The notes under the pieces are model-generated. The model was not told where the DNA came from. It saw nothing but the letters and a program-made list of their open reading frames with translations, and did no database searches. The translations under genes were made by a program, and so were the position numbers. Shown here one piece after another: positions 34,109 to 43,112 of a stretch of DNA of 64,000 nucleotides (position 1 is the stretch's first letter; each line of letters opens with the position of its first letter). The DNA is taken from assembly GCA_041659765.1 (NCBI GenBank), contig JBAZXR010000001.1:531338-595337 (forward strand). The letters run 5' to 3'. The DNA comes from Patescibacteria group bacterium. Lineage in GTDB: Bacteria > Patescibacteriota > Patescibacteriia > UBA9934.

Positions 34109-34931
34109 ATTTTGGCTCAATGACGACTACTCGAGTAGCACCGTTGGCTGGGTCGCCGTTGTTCCAGTCACCGATGGCGGACATGAAGATGCCTTCGTTA
34201 TAGGAGTAGTTTTCGCCGTGGCGGGTGCCGGGATCGTTCGTGATAAATTTTCCGTCTTTGGTGTAGCCGCGGATAACTAGCATGTGATAGAGCGGGCCCT
34301 CGCCTGTAAAGAACGGATTGCCGAGCTCTCGACCGGCGGCGGGAACAATGATGGGATAGCCTTTGCGCAAAAGTTCCTTGAGTTCTTCCGCGGTCGGATC
34401 CTCAACTACACGCGCCGAAAAATCAGAATATTTTTGAATAGTGTCGACCGTCTGTTCGGCCGTCATACTTAGACCGTAACTCAAAGATTCTTCGAGCGTG
34501 GTCATCTTCAAATATTGGTCATCAGCAAATTGTGGGTCAACTGTTTTGGCTCCGCGGTAAAACTCGAGTGTCATCAAGATTGAAGCCTCCTCACAGGTTT
34601 CTTCATGATACGGATCCCAAATCATAAAGGGCGCCTGGGAGGCGAACGGGACCGCGAGATTGAATTCGATGGGAGACGCGGGAACATCGGCAGGCGGGGT
34701 TTCTAACCCCGCATCTGGTGTTCCCGTCGGGAGCGGCGCCGAAGGTGCGACAGGCTCCACAACTGGCGTCTCAACAATTTGGTCATGCGCCACGGAAGGA
34801 ACGGTGGCCGTGGGGACATCGGGCTGAGATAGATAGGATTTTACTTTTAATCCTCCAGCGATCACGACGATGATCAAAATCGGCCAAAAAGATTTCCACG
34901 TCAGTGATCGCTTTGCTTTGTATGGTTGCAT
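34107..34931 (-). CDS. Membrane-anchored C39-like (papain-fold) peptidase domain protein.
   Basis: IEFNLAVPFASQAPF...WDPYHEETCEEASILM (catalytic Cys context), an N-terminal TM helix and a proline-rich linker. Contains an in-frame P2-variant palindrome. Confidence 0.6.
   Translation of the reverse strand: MQPYKAKRSLTWKSFWPILIIVVIAGGLKVKSYLSQPDVPTATVPSVAHDQIVETPVVEPVAPSAPLPTGTPDAGLETPPADVPASPIEFNLAVPFASQAPFMIWDPYHEETCEEASILMTLEFYRGAKTVDPQFADDQYLKMTTLEESLSYGLSMTAEQTVDTIQKYSDFSARVVEDPTAEELKELLRKGYPIIVPAAGRELGNPFFTGEGPLYHMLVIRGYTKDGKFITNDPGTRHGENYSYNEGIFMSAIGDWNNGDPANGATRVVVIEPK
34694..34712. repeat. Palindromic micro-element, P2 variant (GCGGGGTTTCTAACCCCGC), in-frame within the C39-like gene linker.
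   Basis: Same stem as the other P2 copies. Encodes AGLETPPA. Confidence 0.7.
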
Positions 34932-34932
34932 A

Positions 34933-36321
34933 CTATTTCAAGTTCTTCTCGGCCCATTCTTTCAAGAGGAGCGTAGCACGAACGTCATCTTCGTTGTACT
35001 CGATGATATCTTTAAGCGCAGCTTCATCACCCTTGGTCAGCCATTCGTTAAACCAGAGCACCGAGTTCAAGCCGGACGCGTCCTGGTGCCGCCACTTAAA
35101 GCCGAGGAACTGTGCAATGTCTTTTAGCGAATAGAACGAGAGCGGAAAGACGACCGCTTCGCGCAAACGAATCAGAAGATCAACGCCCTGTTCTTCGAGC
35201 ATCTGCAGCGTGTCGATGGGTGTTCCGTATTTCTCGCCGAGATCCTTGAATGTTGCCTGCTCGCTCCAACCGTAATGATAAATCGGCACGCCAGGATAAT
35301 TTTTCATGAACGCCACAAAATCTTCCCACGCCCTGCGCTCGTCCTTTGGATCTTTGGCTAGGAACGAATGGTACACGTCGATGCCATCGCCCTTCTCAAG
35401 CACGCCGAAGAGATAATGCACGTCGCGGAGTGGATCAGACTCGACGTCAACAATCAACGCGAGATCGCTCTTGGGAAGATCCACGGAACCGACCTTGAGA
35501 AATCTATTTTCGAGCAGTGCCCGAGCCTGCAGATGCAAAAAAGTTAGACGTTCGCGCGTGATGCCTGTCACCCTTCCCGCAATGAGATCCAGATGAAGAC
35601 GTGCGAAGTCTGTAACGGTCTTAAATCCCGCAGCTTCCAGCTCTTTCACCTCGCTCCGCCAGATTCTATTCAGACGCGACAAGGAATCACACTCGATAGC
35701 TTCTACTTTGCACGCGGAAAACCACGGCGACTGTTTGCAGTCGCTCGTCAAAAAATGCGGCTCCTCCTCCCCGTCCATAATTCTCTCAATCGAGTCGAGC
35801 GTCAGACGGTATTTCACCGCGGTCTCTTCGAGCAAGTAGCTCTCGACCTCTTTGTTGGGATGCATGATGTAACCCTGTAGTGGCCGAGTGCTCTGAATTA
35901 GGTTCAATAACTCTGCGTAGAAACACCCTTGAAGTCTATATTCATCTTTTAGTCGGCTAGACCGTTTAATGTCACAGGCTACGTAGTAATAGTCGCCAAG
36001 TTTTGACCGTCCCTCAACTCGCTCGAGAAGATCTGGTTCGGCAACAAATCGACCATGAACCAAGACTCCTCCGTAAATAGTCGGCGTGCCCTTCCTCATC
36101 TCTTCGAGAGTTTTTTCGAAGGCCTCCCCAACCTCCCCAACCCTCTCGACCTCCACCACCTTCTTCCCTTTTAGCATCTCCTTTTCATGCGATGGCAAAA
36201 GACCGTCCTGTTGGAGGCGGTCTTTTAGCTGATTCTCTGCCCTCGCCTCTTTAGCGTCATGAGAAATCCACGAGGGGCATTTGAGATACTGATAGAAATG
36301 TTTTTGAGTTATTCGTTTCAT
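34933..36321 (-). CDS. TM0106-family putative RecB-like nuclease with a C-terminal RNase H-like (YprB-type) 3'-5' exonuclease domain.
   Basis: 462 aa. N-terminal Cys cluster and a PD-(D/E)xK-like segment (YYYVACDIKRS); C-terminal VDVESDP...YHYGWSEQ...EYNEDDV. Confidence 0.5.
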   Translation of the reverse strand: MKRITQKHFYQYLKCPSWISHDAKEARAENQLKDRLQQDGLLPSHEKEMLKGKKVVEVERVGEVGEAFEKTLEEMRKGTPTIYGGVLVHGRFVAEPDLLERVEGRSKLGDYYYVACDIKRSSRLKDEYRLQGCFYAELLNLIQSTRPLQGYIMHPNKEVESYLLEETAVKYRLTLDSIERIMDGEEEPHFLTSDCKQSPWFSACKVEAIECDSLSRLNRIWRSEVKELEAAGFKTVTDFARLHLDLIAGRVTGITRERLTFLHLQARALLENRFLKVGSVDLPKSDLALIVDVESDPLRDVHYLFGVLEKGDGIDVYHSFLAKDPKDERRAWEDFVAFMKNYPGVPIYHYGWSEQATFKDLGEKYGTPIDTLQMLEEQGVDLLIRLREAVVFPLSFYSLKDIAQFLGFKWRHQDASGLNSVLWFNEWLTKGDEAALKDIIEYNEDDVRATLLLKEWAEKNLK

Positions 36322-36989
36322 TTTACGTCTTCGACCGTCACTTTTACTATCTTCTGCTCAGCGAGCGGACGGTCGCCGCCATCAACCGTTGTTCCTGCAA
36401 TCGCATCAACGAACTCCAAGCCGGAAGTCACTTTGCCAAAAATGGAATAAAGATGAGGGAGCGGAACGTCCTGGTGCATGATAAAGAACTGGCTGCCGTT
36501 TGTATTCGGACCAGAGTTAGCCATGGCCACCGTGCCGCGCTCGTATGTATGGGTATCATTAAGTTCGTCTTCAAACTTATATCCCGGGCCGCCCATACCG
36601 GTACCGGTAGGATCTCCGCCCTGGATCATGAAGCCCTTAATAACACGGTGAAAAATTAGTCCGTCATAGTAACCCTTGCTCGCCAGCGAGACAAAGTTGG
36701 AAACTGTCAGCGGAGCAGTGTCTGGATAGAGCTGGATGACAATATCGCCCTTCGCAGTCGTTAAACGAATCTGCTTGTTTTCGATCTCGCTAGGGGTTAG
36801 TTTGCCTGGAAACGTGTTGGCCATAGGAGCAGTTGTTTTTGAAGATGAAAAATCCGACGATGGTTTTACCACAGCGTCGGAAGATTCGGAAGGGGTCGGT
36901 AACGTAACCGAACCCTGCACACAACCCGCGCCGAGAAAAAGCGGGGTTAATAACCCCGCCATCACGAAAGCAACAGGAGCAATGCGCAT
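36318..36989 (-). CDS. Cyclophilin-type peptidyl-prolyl cis-trans isomerase, exported (lipoprotein-like).
   Basis: GYYDGLIFHRVIKGFMIQGGDPTGTGMGGPGYKFEDE...GTVAMANSGPNTNGSQFFI. Signal peptide with Cys; in-frame P2 element. Confidence 0.9.
   Translation of the reverse strand: MRIAPVAFVMAGLLTPLFLGAGCVQGSVTLPTPSESSDAVVKPSSDFSSSKTTAPMANTFPGKLTPSEIENKQIRLTTAKGDIVIQLYPDTAPLTVSNFVSLASKGYYDGLIFHRVIKGFMIQGGDPTGTGMGGPGYKFEDELNDTHTYERGTVAMANSGPNTNGSQFFIMHQDVPLPHLYSIFGKVTSGLEFVDAIAGTTVDGGDRPLAEQKIVKVTVEDVK
36941..36965. repeat. Palindromic micro-element, family P2 (GCGGGGTTAATAACCCCGCCATCAC), in-frame in the signal peptide of the cyclophilin.
   Basis: Identical to 14921..14946. Encodes VMAGLLTPL. Confidence 0.85.
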
Positions 36990-36994
36990 AGAAT

Positions 36995-37306
36995 TTACTG
37001 TTGGTAAGTGAGTTGGGTCTTCAGCTGAGCTACCTCTGCGTGGGAGAGGTTCAGCGCGTAAACCGTAGTGAACAACACGGCTGACAACGAGAACACTAAC
37101 ACCAGCATGAGCGCCGTCAAATCCATACTGCCAACCGGCAAAAGGTGGCAGCTACGGCACACAGTTCCTGAGTGCGGCATGTTTGATGCCGTAGACATTA
37201 CTTTCGTCTTCATAGATTTTGCACGTGGCTTTTTTGCAGTTTGAATTGGCGTGGACATATCCTCCGACATAGAAGTATTCTTATGACTACCGCCCAAGTA
37301 TAACAT
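36995..37306 (-). CDS. Hypothetical small membrane protein (one C-terminal TM helix).
   Basis: 103-aa ORF co-directional with ppi; the start is uncertain. Confidence 0.3.
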   Translation of the reverse strand: MLYLGGSHKNTSMSEDMSTPIQTAKKPRAKSMKTKVMSTASNMPHSGTVCRSCHLLPVGSMDLTALMLVLVFSLSAVLFTTVYALNLSHAEVAQLKTQLTYQQ

Positions 37307-37696
37307 ATGCGCCCACGCGACATCAGATTAAAATCCCCACACACCCGCGCGCTTGTTCCCTGGCTATTTTTCTCGTTCGCCTCGGCTTTATTAATTGGAA
37401 ACTACTTTCATTTTTCGTGGTTGCTTGCACTTTTTATCGGTCTCAACATCGGCGCCTTCCTGTTGTACGGTCTCGACAAAATGATTGCCGGCACCGGAAG
37501 CCAACGCATCCCCGAGCGTATTCTTTGGCTCTCAGCATTTCTTGGCGGATCGATCGGCGCCGTTACTGGCATGTATTTATTTCGCCATAAAACAAAGAAG
37601 ACGAGTTTTCAGCTCGTCCTCGCCATCCTTGTCCTTGTCCAAATTGCGCTAGTAGTTCTGTATCTCAAATATCACACGTCCATTCTTACCCAGTAA
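37307..37696 (+). CDS. DUF1294-family membrane protein.
   Basis: LYGLDKMIAGTGSQRIPERILWLSAFLGGSIGAVTGMYLFRHKTKKTSF matches the DUF1294 conserved core. Confidence 0.7.
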   Translation: MRPRDIRLKSPHTRALVPWLFFSFASALLIGNYFHFSWLLALFIGLNIGAFLLYGLDKMIAGTGSQRIPERILWLSAFLGGSIGAVTGMYLFRHKTKKTSFQLVLAILVLVQIALVVLYLKYHTSILTQ

Positions 37697-38733
37697 CTAT
37701 TCCTCCCATGGCACCCCCTCTCGGCCGAACATGCCGTATGTGGCACATGACGTATAAAAAGGGCGGCGCAAGTTAAAGCGTTCGACAATTGCTTCTGGAC
37801 GAAAGTCGAAGCGGTCTTTGACGACCTGGGAAAGGTCTGTTCCGTCACCCGCACGAGCCGACAATAAAACTGGGTCAGCGAGACCCACGGCGTAAACGGC
37901 GTGAACGAGGACGTTGCTCGCTAAACCTTCTTTGACTAGCTCGCGCGCGGCGTAACGGGACATGTAGGTGCCGGCGCGGGCGGGCTTGAGCGGATCTTTG
38001 CCGGCGAGCGCAACTCCCCCGTGCGGAAGAAGTCCACCATATGCGTCAGCGAGAATTTTTCTGCCAGATACGCCGGCGTTCAATGCAAAACCACCGTTCG
38101 TAAACGGACCGCTCGGGTTAATAAATAATTTTACTCCTTCGACGTTTCCAAGAACCGGAGCGACAGCATGCTCGAGCAACAGCGACTGCACCTGCGACAC
38201 ATCCATGTTCGCGTCGTGCTCGGCGATCACGGTTACATGCTCGACGCTCTTGCCGTCCATGACTAACTGAATCTTCCCGTCGGGCTTGAGCCAAGAAAAT
38301 CGAGGATCGGTTTGTCTGAGGTCGTCGATGCGTCGCGCGAGTGCGTGAACAAGAACAACAGGCAACGGCAAAAGTTCGCGCGTTTCTTTTGTTGCGTATC
38401 CGTAAATGATCGCCGTCCCCTGTGCTCCCCCGCCACGCTGACGTGGGACATCGCCGACGCCGTTCACCGACGGCTTTTCAATGTTCACAAAAAATTCGAG
38501 CGAGTCTGTATAGCCAATCCCGCCGTACGCTTTGCGCGCAACTTCCGCCACATCGAAATCGGCTTTCGAATCTGCCACGCCGCCCATCATCACCATACCG
38601 TTACTGCCGAGCGCCTGAATGTCGAGCTTGCTCAAGGGATCACGACGCAAATACTCGTCCACAATAGACTCAACCAAAATATCGCAGATTTTATCCGGAT
38701 GTCCGGACAGTGGCGCTTCGACTGCTTTGAACA
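37697..38733 (-). CDS. metK: S-adenosylmethionine synthetase (divergent MetK). The start is near MFKAVEAPL and may be off by a base or so.
   Basis: GHPDKICDILVESIVDEYL N-terminal motif; the C-terminal MetK blocks are retained loosely. Confidence 0.6.
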
Positions 38734-38849
38734 TAAGTGACCTGAGTTTAAAGAGTAAAGCGTAAAGAGTAAAGAACGGAAGTGAACATTGACTTCCTAC
38801 CCGTCTTCTGACATGATTATTCGTTACTCGTTCCCTCAAAACTCGCCCT

Positions 38850-39341
38850 TTGGAGACGCTCGTGGACACCGCAGTCACCATCAAAATTTACGACAAAACC
38901 ATCGATCTCCCAGATATCAAGCTATCCGACATACCACTCGAGAAACTTGTCGCGCTCCTCGAGCAGACATCGCACGTGACGTTCACCGTGCGTTCGACAC
39001 CGAAAGCCGTGAAGATCGTACAAGAGCTCGCCCACCTGAACGGAATGTCTAACCTGTCTCACAAGCAGCTCCTAACTCTCGCATCGCCGATCGAGCAACT
39101 ATCGCTCGACACTCGTTGCAAGACCAGCCTCATCATCGACGCGGAACCGCCCCATCTGCTCCAGCTAGAGTTCATCTGGGAACTGTGCGAAAAGACGGAA
39201 TCGGAAGTCAGGCGGATCAAACGTATCGGCGCGAAATCCCTCACCCGCATCGTGGAATCCCTGGCAAAACAGAATCTTACGCTGGGCATGAAAGATGAGA
39301 TCGGCAAGATCAGGCATCTCCTCCCGAAGCGCGAACCGTGA
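38850..39341 (+). CDS. Standalone RNA polymerase alpha-subunit C-terminal-domain-like (HhH) protein.
   Basis: IEQLSLDTRCKTSL...EVRRIKRIGAKSLTRIVESLAKQNLTLGMK aligns with the RpoA alphaCTD (LSVRSANCL...[21 protein letters not shown]). Confidence 0.55.
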   Translation: METLVDTAVTIKIYDKTIDLPDIKLSDIPLEKLVALLEQTSHVTFTVRSTPKAVKIVQELAHLNGMSNLSHKQLLTLASPIEQLSLDTRCKTSLIIDAEPPHLLQLEFIWELCEKTESEVRRIKRIGAKSLTRIVESLAKQNLTLGMKDEIGKIRHLLPKREP

Positions 39342-39355
39342 TTTAACCACCGCAA

Positions 39356-39419
39356 CCCGCCCCGCACCTCTCGCCAGCTCGAAGCTGGAACGATTGAGAG
39401 CGCGGGGTGTTTATTTTTG
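39356..39419 (+). terminator. Nested-hairpin terminator, family T copy 2.
   Basis: CCCCGCaccTCTCgccagctcgaagctggaAcgatTGAGAGcGCGGGGtgtttattttt. Confidence 0.7.
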
Positions 39420-39448
39420 TTGACTTTTTAGCTGACATTTGCTACAAT
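39420..39448 (+). promoter_or_regulatory. Sigma70-like promoter: TTGACT, 17-nt spacer, TACAAT.
   Basis: TTGACTTTTTAGCTGACATTTGCTACAAT. A leader motif CGTTACTCGTTC follows, which is also present upstream of the gene at 38850. Confidence 0.6.
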
Positions 39449-39492
39449 TATCCGTTACTCGTTCTGTTATAACCCTTTGTTTTGGAGGATAC

Positions 39493-40338
39493 ATGCCTGA
39501 AATTACGAAAGAACAGCTGGACCTCATCCGCACACGCTGTAGCTGGCTCCTGACCGCGGTTCGTCAAGGGCAAGTGTCGCCTGAGCTGGCACTCAAGGGA
39601 CTGGAAGAGCTCATTGGCGCGGAGGCCCTCAAGGCCCGCCAAACGCTCCCGAAAAATCCCTACAGAATCTCCGTGAAGGCGGCCATCACGCAGCTACGCA
39701 GAATGAACAAGACGCTCAACCTCGGCTTCTCTGAAGATGAGGTCATTGAGCTCGAAGACACCGCGCCGGCCTGGCCCGATGGAAAGTACATGTTTCGCGT
39801 GATGCGCCCGCGTCTGGACACTGGCGACAACAAAGTCCTCGACACGTTCAACATGCACCTCGCGTGCATCGACAACGTGCGCGGACTGTCCGGAGTGTGG
39901 AAGAAAAAAGACCTCCGTCGGACGGACTTCAAGCTCTCCTTGGCCGGCGGGGACGCTACGCATACGCGCGGGCTCAGCTGGGCCATCATCAATGCGCATG
40001 GACGGCTGCGACTCACTGCGGAAAACAAGATTCCGCCGGAAGCTGCGGCCGACGAAGCCTTGGCGCTCGCCTGGCAATTCCCGAAATACATGACCGAAAA
40101 CGCCGGACTCCGGCACTGGCTCATGGGCTACCAGATGAGTCAGAGACCCTTCGAAGAAAGCGATCTGGCCGCTAGGGAGCCTGGCAACGAAGAACAACAG
40201 CACTTCCTCGCCGTGAGCGTCGGAAAAGTAGGACAGCAAATCCGTCTCAACAACGAATGGACCTACCCTGGCAAACGCGAACAGTACAAGGCACTGAGGT
40301 CAGAGGCCGGCCAATGCTTCCCCGTCATTGCCGGTTAG
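39493..40338 (+). CDS. Hypothetical protein (281 aa).
   Basis: GGAGGA SD before ATGCCTGAA, followed by the conserved terminator. No recognised domain. Confidence 0.65.
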   Translation: MPEITKEQLDLIRTRCSWLLTAVRQGQVSPELALKGLEELIGAEALKARQTLPKNPYRISVKAAITQLRRMNKTLNLGFSEDEVIELEDTAPAWPDGKYMFRVMRPRLDTGDNKVLDTFNMHLACIDNVRGLSGVWKKKDLRRTDFKLSLAGGDATHTRGLSWAIINAHGRLRLTAENKIPPEAAADEALALAWQFPKYMTENAGLRHWLMGYQMSQRPFEESDLAAREPGNEEQQHFLAVSVGKVGQQIRLNNEWTYPGKREQYKALRSEAGQCFPVIAG

Positions 40339-40349
40339 ATCACCCAACA

Positions 40350-40409
40350 CGCCCCGCCTTTCTCACCAGCCACTGCTGGAACCATGAGAGTGCGGGGTGT
40401 TTATTTTTG
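40350..40409 (+). terminator. Nested-hairpin terminator, family T copy 3.
   Basis: CCCCGCctttCTCAccagccactgctggAAccaTGAGAGtGCGGGGtgtttattttt. Confidence 0.7.
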
Positions 40410-40418
40410 GGCTAAAGT

Positions 40419-40447
40419 TTGACTATTTACTGGGTATAGTGTATACT
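40419..40447 (+). promoter_or_regulatory. Sigma70-like promoter: TTGACT, 17-nt spacer, TATACT. It precedes an approximately 100-nt leader of the DEAD-box helicase gene.
   Basis: TTGACTATTTACTGGGTATAGTGTATACT. Confidence 0.55.
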
Positions 40448-40548
40448 TCCGCCTTAGATATTTGTGCCATTTCAGGCACCTCGAACTCCGGTTTTTTGCA
40501 GATTTTGCAGCGAAATCATAGGGGTCCGGGTATCAATCTAATACCCTT

Positions 40549-42096
40549 ATGGTTAATGCCACCGAGGCGCAAAGCGTAAGCTTTGACGATCTCCCTTTGG
40601 CTCCGCAGATGAAAGAAATCTTGCGTAGCTACAAGTTTGTAACGCCTACTCCTATTCAAATCAAAGCCATCCCAGTCGCCATGACTGGTGGTGATGTTAT
40701 TGGCATTGCGCAAACTGGTACCGGTAAGACTCTGGCTTTCGGCTTACCGATGATTGAACGACTCGCCCGCCACAAGGGCCGTGGTCTAGTTATTTTGCCG
40801 ACCCGTGAACTCGCCCTCCAAGTTGAGGAAGAGTTAAACAAACTTGGCAGCAAGCTTGGCATGAAAACTGTGGTCCTGATTGGCGGCGCCAACATGGGCA
40901 AACAAATTCGTGATCTTAAAGCTAAGCCCCACGTTATTGTTTGCACTCCAGGTCGTCTAATTGACCACATGGAGCAAAAGACACTCAGTCTAGCTGACGT
41001 GAAAATTTTAGTACTCGACGAAGCTGACCGCATGCTTGATATGGGTTTTGCTCCGCAGTTGGCGCGCATCATGACGGCCGTTCCTAAGGATCGCCAAACG
41101 CTTTTGTTCTCCGCCACCATGCCGCAAGACATTGTGACTATTGCGAACAAGCATATGAAGACACCGGTGCGCATTGAAGTTGCCCAACAGGGCACAGCTT
41201 CTGAGCGCGTGTCTCAGGAGCTCATCATTGTTCACAAAGCTGAAAAGTTGTCGCTCTTAAAAACTATCTTGAGCGAATACAAGGGAACCATCTTGGTCTT
41301 CTCTCGTACTAAGCACGGCGCCAAGAAAATTTGTGCTGCTGTGAAAGTTATGGGCCACACGTCGGCTGAACTGCACGCGAATAAATCCTTGAGCCAACGC
41401 CGCGAAGCACTTGAAGGCTTCAAGATTGGCCGCTATCGCGTCTTGATCGCTACGGATATTGCTGCTCGTGGAATTGACGTTAAGGGCATTGAGCTCGTCA
41501 TTAACTATGACTTGCCAGATGCTTCTGAAGACTACGTCCACCGCATTGGCCGCACCGGCCGTGCTGGTAAAGAAGGCAAGGCAATTTCTTTTGCTACACC
41601 TGATCAAACTACGGATGTTCGCTCTATTGAACGCTTGATCCGCATGAAGTTGCCAGTCAGCAAGCGCACAGGCCTGACGCGCATTGAATTCCCAGCGGGA
41701 TCTGATGACCGTTACCCATCCCACGGTGCGCGCCCATTCTCTGGACCACGCGCCGGCTCTGGCTCTTCAGCCATCAAGCCTTACAGCAAGTACCGCGCTC
41801 AGGGTTCTTCTTCCTCACGCCCAGCTGCTCGCACACCATACGTAGGCAAGTCTTACCCGGTGCCAGCGCCAAGTGCGTTTGGTGCCCCTAAAGTAGCGAG
41901 CACGAGCGAATACTCGACACCAGCTCCTCGCCCCGCAACAAGCTCTCGCCCTCCCTTCAAAAAGGACGGCTTCAAGGGTCGCAGCGGTGCTAAGGGCAAG
42001 GCTCGCGGTTTCCGCAAGTACGAACCAGCCGAACGTTTTGACAAAGACGATTCCGCACCCGCGACCGGTCAGTACTCGTTCAAAACAACGATCTAA
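40549..42096 (+). CDS. DEAD-box ATP-dependent RNA helicase with an R/S/G-rich C-terminal tail.
   Basis: Q-motif FDDLPL...TPTPIQ, Walker A AQTGTGKT, DEAD motif (VLDEADRML), SAT, HRIGRTGRAG. Confidence 0.9.
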   Translation: MVNATEAQSVSFDDLPLAPQMKEILRSYKFVTPTPIQIKAIPVAMTGGDVIGIAQTGTGKTLAFGLPMIERLARHKGRGLVILPTRELALQVEEELNKLGSKLGMKTVVLIGGANMGKQIRDLKAKPHVIVCTPGRLIDHMEQKTLSLADVKILVLDEADRMLDMGFAPQLARIMTAVPKDRQTLLFSATMPQDIVTIANKHMKTPVRIEVAQQGTASERVSQELIIVHKAEKLSLLKTILSEYKGTILVFSRTKHGAKKICAAVKVMGHTSAELHANKSLSQRREALEGFKIGRYRVLIATDIAARGIDVKGIELVINYDLPDASEDYVHRIGRTGRAGKEGKAISFATPDQTTDVRSIERLIRMKLPVSKRTGLTRIEFPAGSDDRYPSHGARPFSGPRAGSGSSAIKPYSKYRAQGSSSSRPAARTPYVGKSYPVPAPSAFGAPKVASTSEYSTPAPRPATSSRPPFKKDGFKGRSGAKGKARGFRKYEPAERFDKDDSAPATGQYSFKTTI

Positions 42097-42101
42097 TGAA
42101 A

Positions 42102-42130
42102 AGCGCCTCGCAAGAGGCGCTTTTCTATTT
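42102..42130 (+). terminator. Rho-independent terminator after the helicase gene.
   Basis: AAGCGCCTCGCAAGAGGCGCTTTTCTATTT. Confidence 0.7.
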
Positions 42131-42132
42131 CA

Positions 42133-42161
42133 TTGACATTTTGCTCTCTTTCCGCTAGAAT
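42133..42161 (+). promoter_or_regulatory. Sigma70-like promoter: TTGACA, 17-nt spacer, TAGAAT.
   Basis: TTGACATTTTGCTCTCTTTCCGCTAGAAT. A GGAGGA SD and a TTG start follow at 42200. Confidence 0.55.
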
Positions 42162-42199
42162 AATCAGTCGACCTTCATCCCGTCGGCACAGGAGGACGT

Positions 42200-42601
42200 T
42201 TGAAAAACTGGATTGAACTTTATATTGCGTGGTACGGCCGCGACCCACATGACGATCATGATCGTTGTCGCGGTCAGGAGACGCTGAACTTCTACGCGGA
42301 GCCGCTTCCGTTTCACGAGCGTACGCTCGACCGCATCCGTCATCTGGCGATGATCGACTTCGACTTCGGTGAAAACCCCCTCCACGCTGACGAACCCCCG
42401 GACGAGGAGCGCGTCATTATCCAGGAAATTGCCTTCCGCGTCGTCGGCAGCGAACTGCCCACACCGAACGGAGACACCAGCATCCCGGAGGCCTACGTCG
42501 AGGCGCTTCTATATCTGCGGAATACCTGCCACGAAAAACTGCAGATGATGATCGATGATACGATCTGGTGGCTCTTACACACCTATCGGATCGGCAACTG
42601 A
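42200..42601 (+). CDS. Hypothetical acidic protein (133 aa, TTG start).
   Basis: SD GGAGGA 6 nt upstream; terminator downstream. Confidence 0.55.
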   Translation: MKNWIELYIAWYGRDPHDDHDRCRGQETLNFYAEPLPFHERTLDRIRHLAMIDFDFGENPLHADEPPDEERVIIQEIAFRVVGSELPTPNGDTSIPEAYVEALLYLRNTCHEKLQMMIDDTIWWLLHTYRIGN

Positions 42602-42602
42602 T

Positions 42603-42642
42603 CCCGCCCCGCGACCATGTCGTGCGGGCGGATTCTTTTTTA
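42603..42642 (+). terminator. Rho-independent terminator.
   Basis: CCCGCCCCGCgaccatgtcGTGCGGGCGGattctttttt. Confidence 0.65.
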
Positions 42643-42808
42643 TCCACACCTCGATTACGTGTGGCTCGGAAACGTGGTGCAATAGAAGGGTAAGAAATCA
42701 AACTCCCCATTAACTTGGCGGGGTTTATTTTTTTGAAAAATCTTAATAAACGGAGGGCCTATGTGAACAAATAACGGTGCGGTATACTTTATTCAATAAC
42801 TGTTTTCT

Positions 42809-43069
42809 ATGAACGAACAGAAATTCAGGGAATCGCTCACGCAGGACTTCAAGGGAATCCTCATACAGGCACTTACCGACCAATCTCGCGATATGCGCGA
42901 TTACACAGATGAACGGGTCGCGGTGTCCGAAGCTCGTCTCGAAAAAAGAATCGACGAATCGGAAAATAGAATTCTTGACGCAATCGCCGAAACACAAGAT
43001 ATGTTCATCAAGCCCAAACTTGAGGATCATGAACGACGCCTCCTGAAACTAGAAGCAAAAATTGCCTAA
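42809..43069 (+). CDS. Small coiled-coil protein (86 aa), hypothetical.
   Basis: Heptad-rich sequence ending LLKLEAKIA, followed by a strong terminator. Confidence 0.5.
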   Translation: MNEQKFRESLTQDFKGILIQALTDQSRDMRDYTDERVAVSEARLEKRIDESENRILDAIAETQDMFIKPKLEDHERRLLKLEAKIA

Positions 43070-43074
43070 CAGAA

Positions 43075-43112
43075 AACCCGCCGTCCCCAAGGGACAGGCG
43101 GGTTTTTCTATT
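43075..43112. terminator. Bidirectional terminator between convergent genes.
   Basis: AAAACCCGCCGTCCCCAAGGGACAGGCGGGTTTTTCTATTT. Confidence 0.7.
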
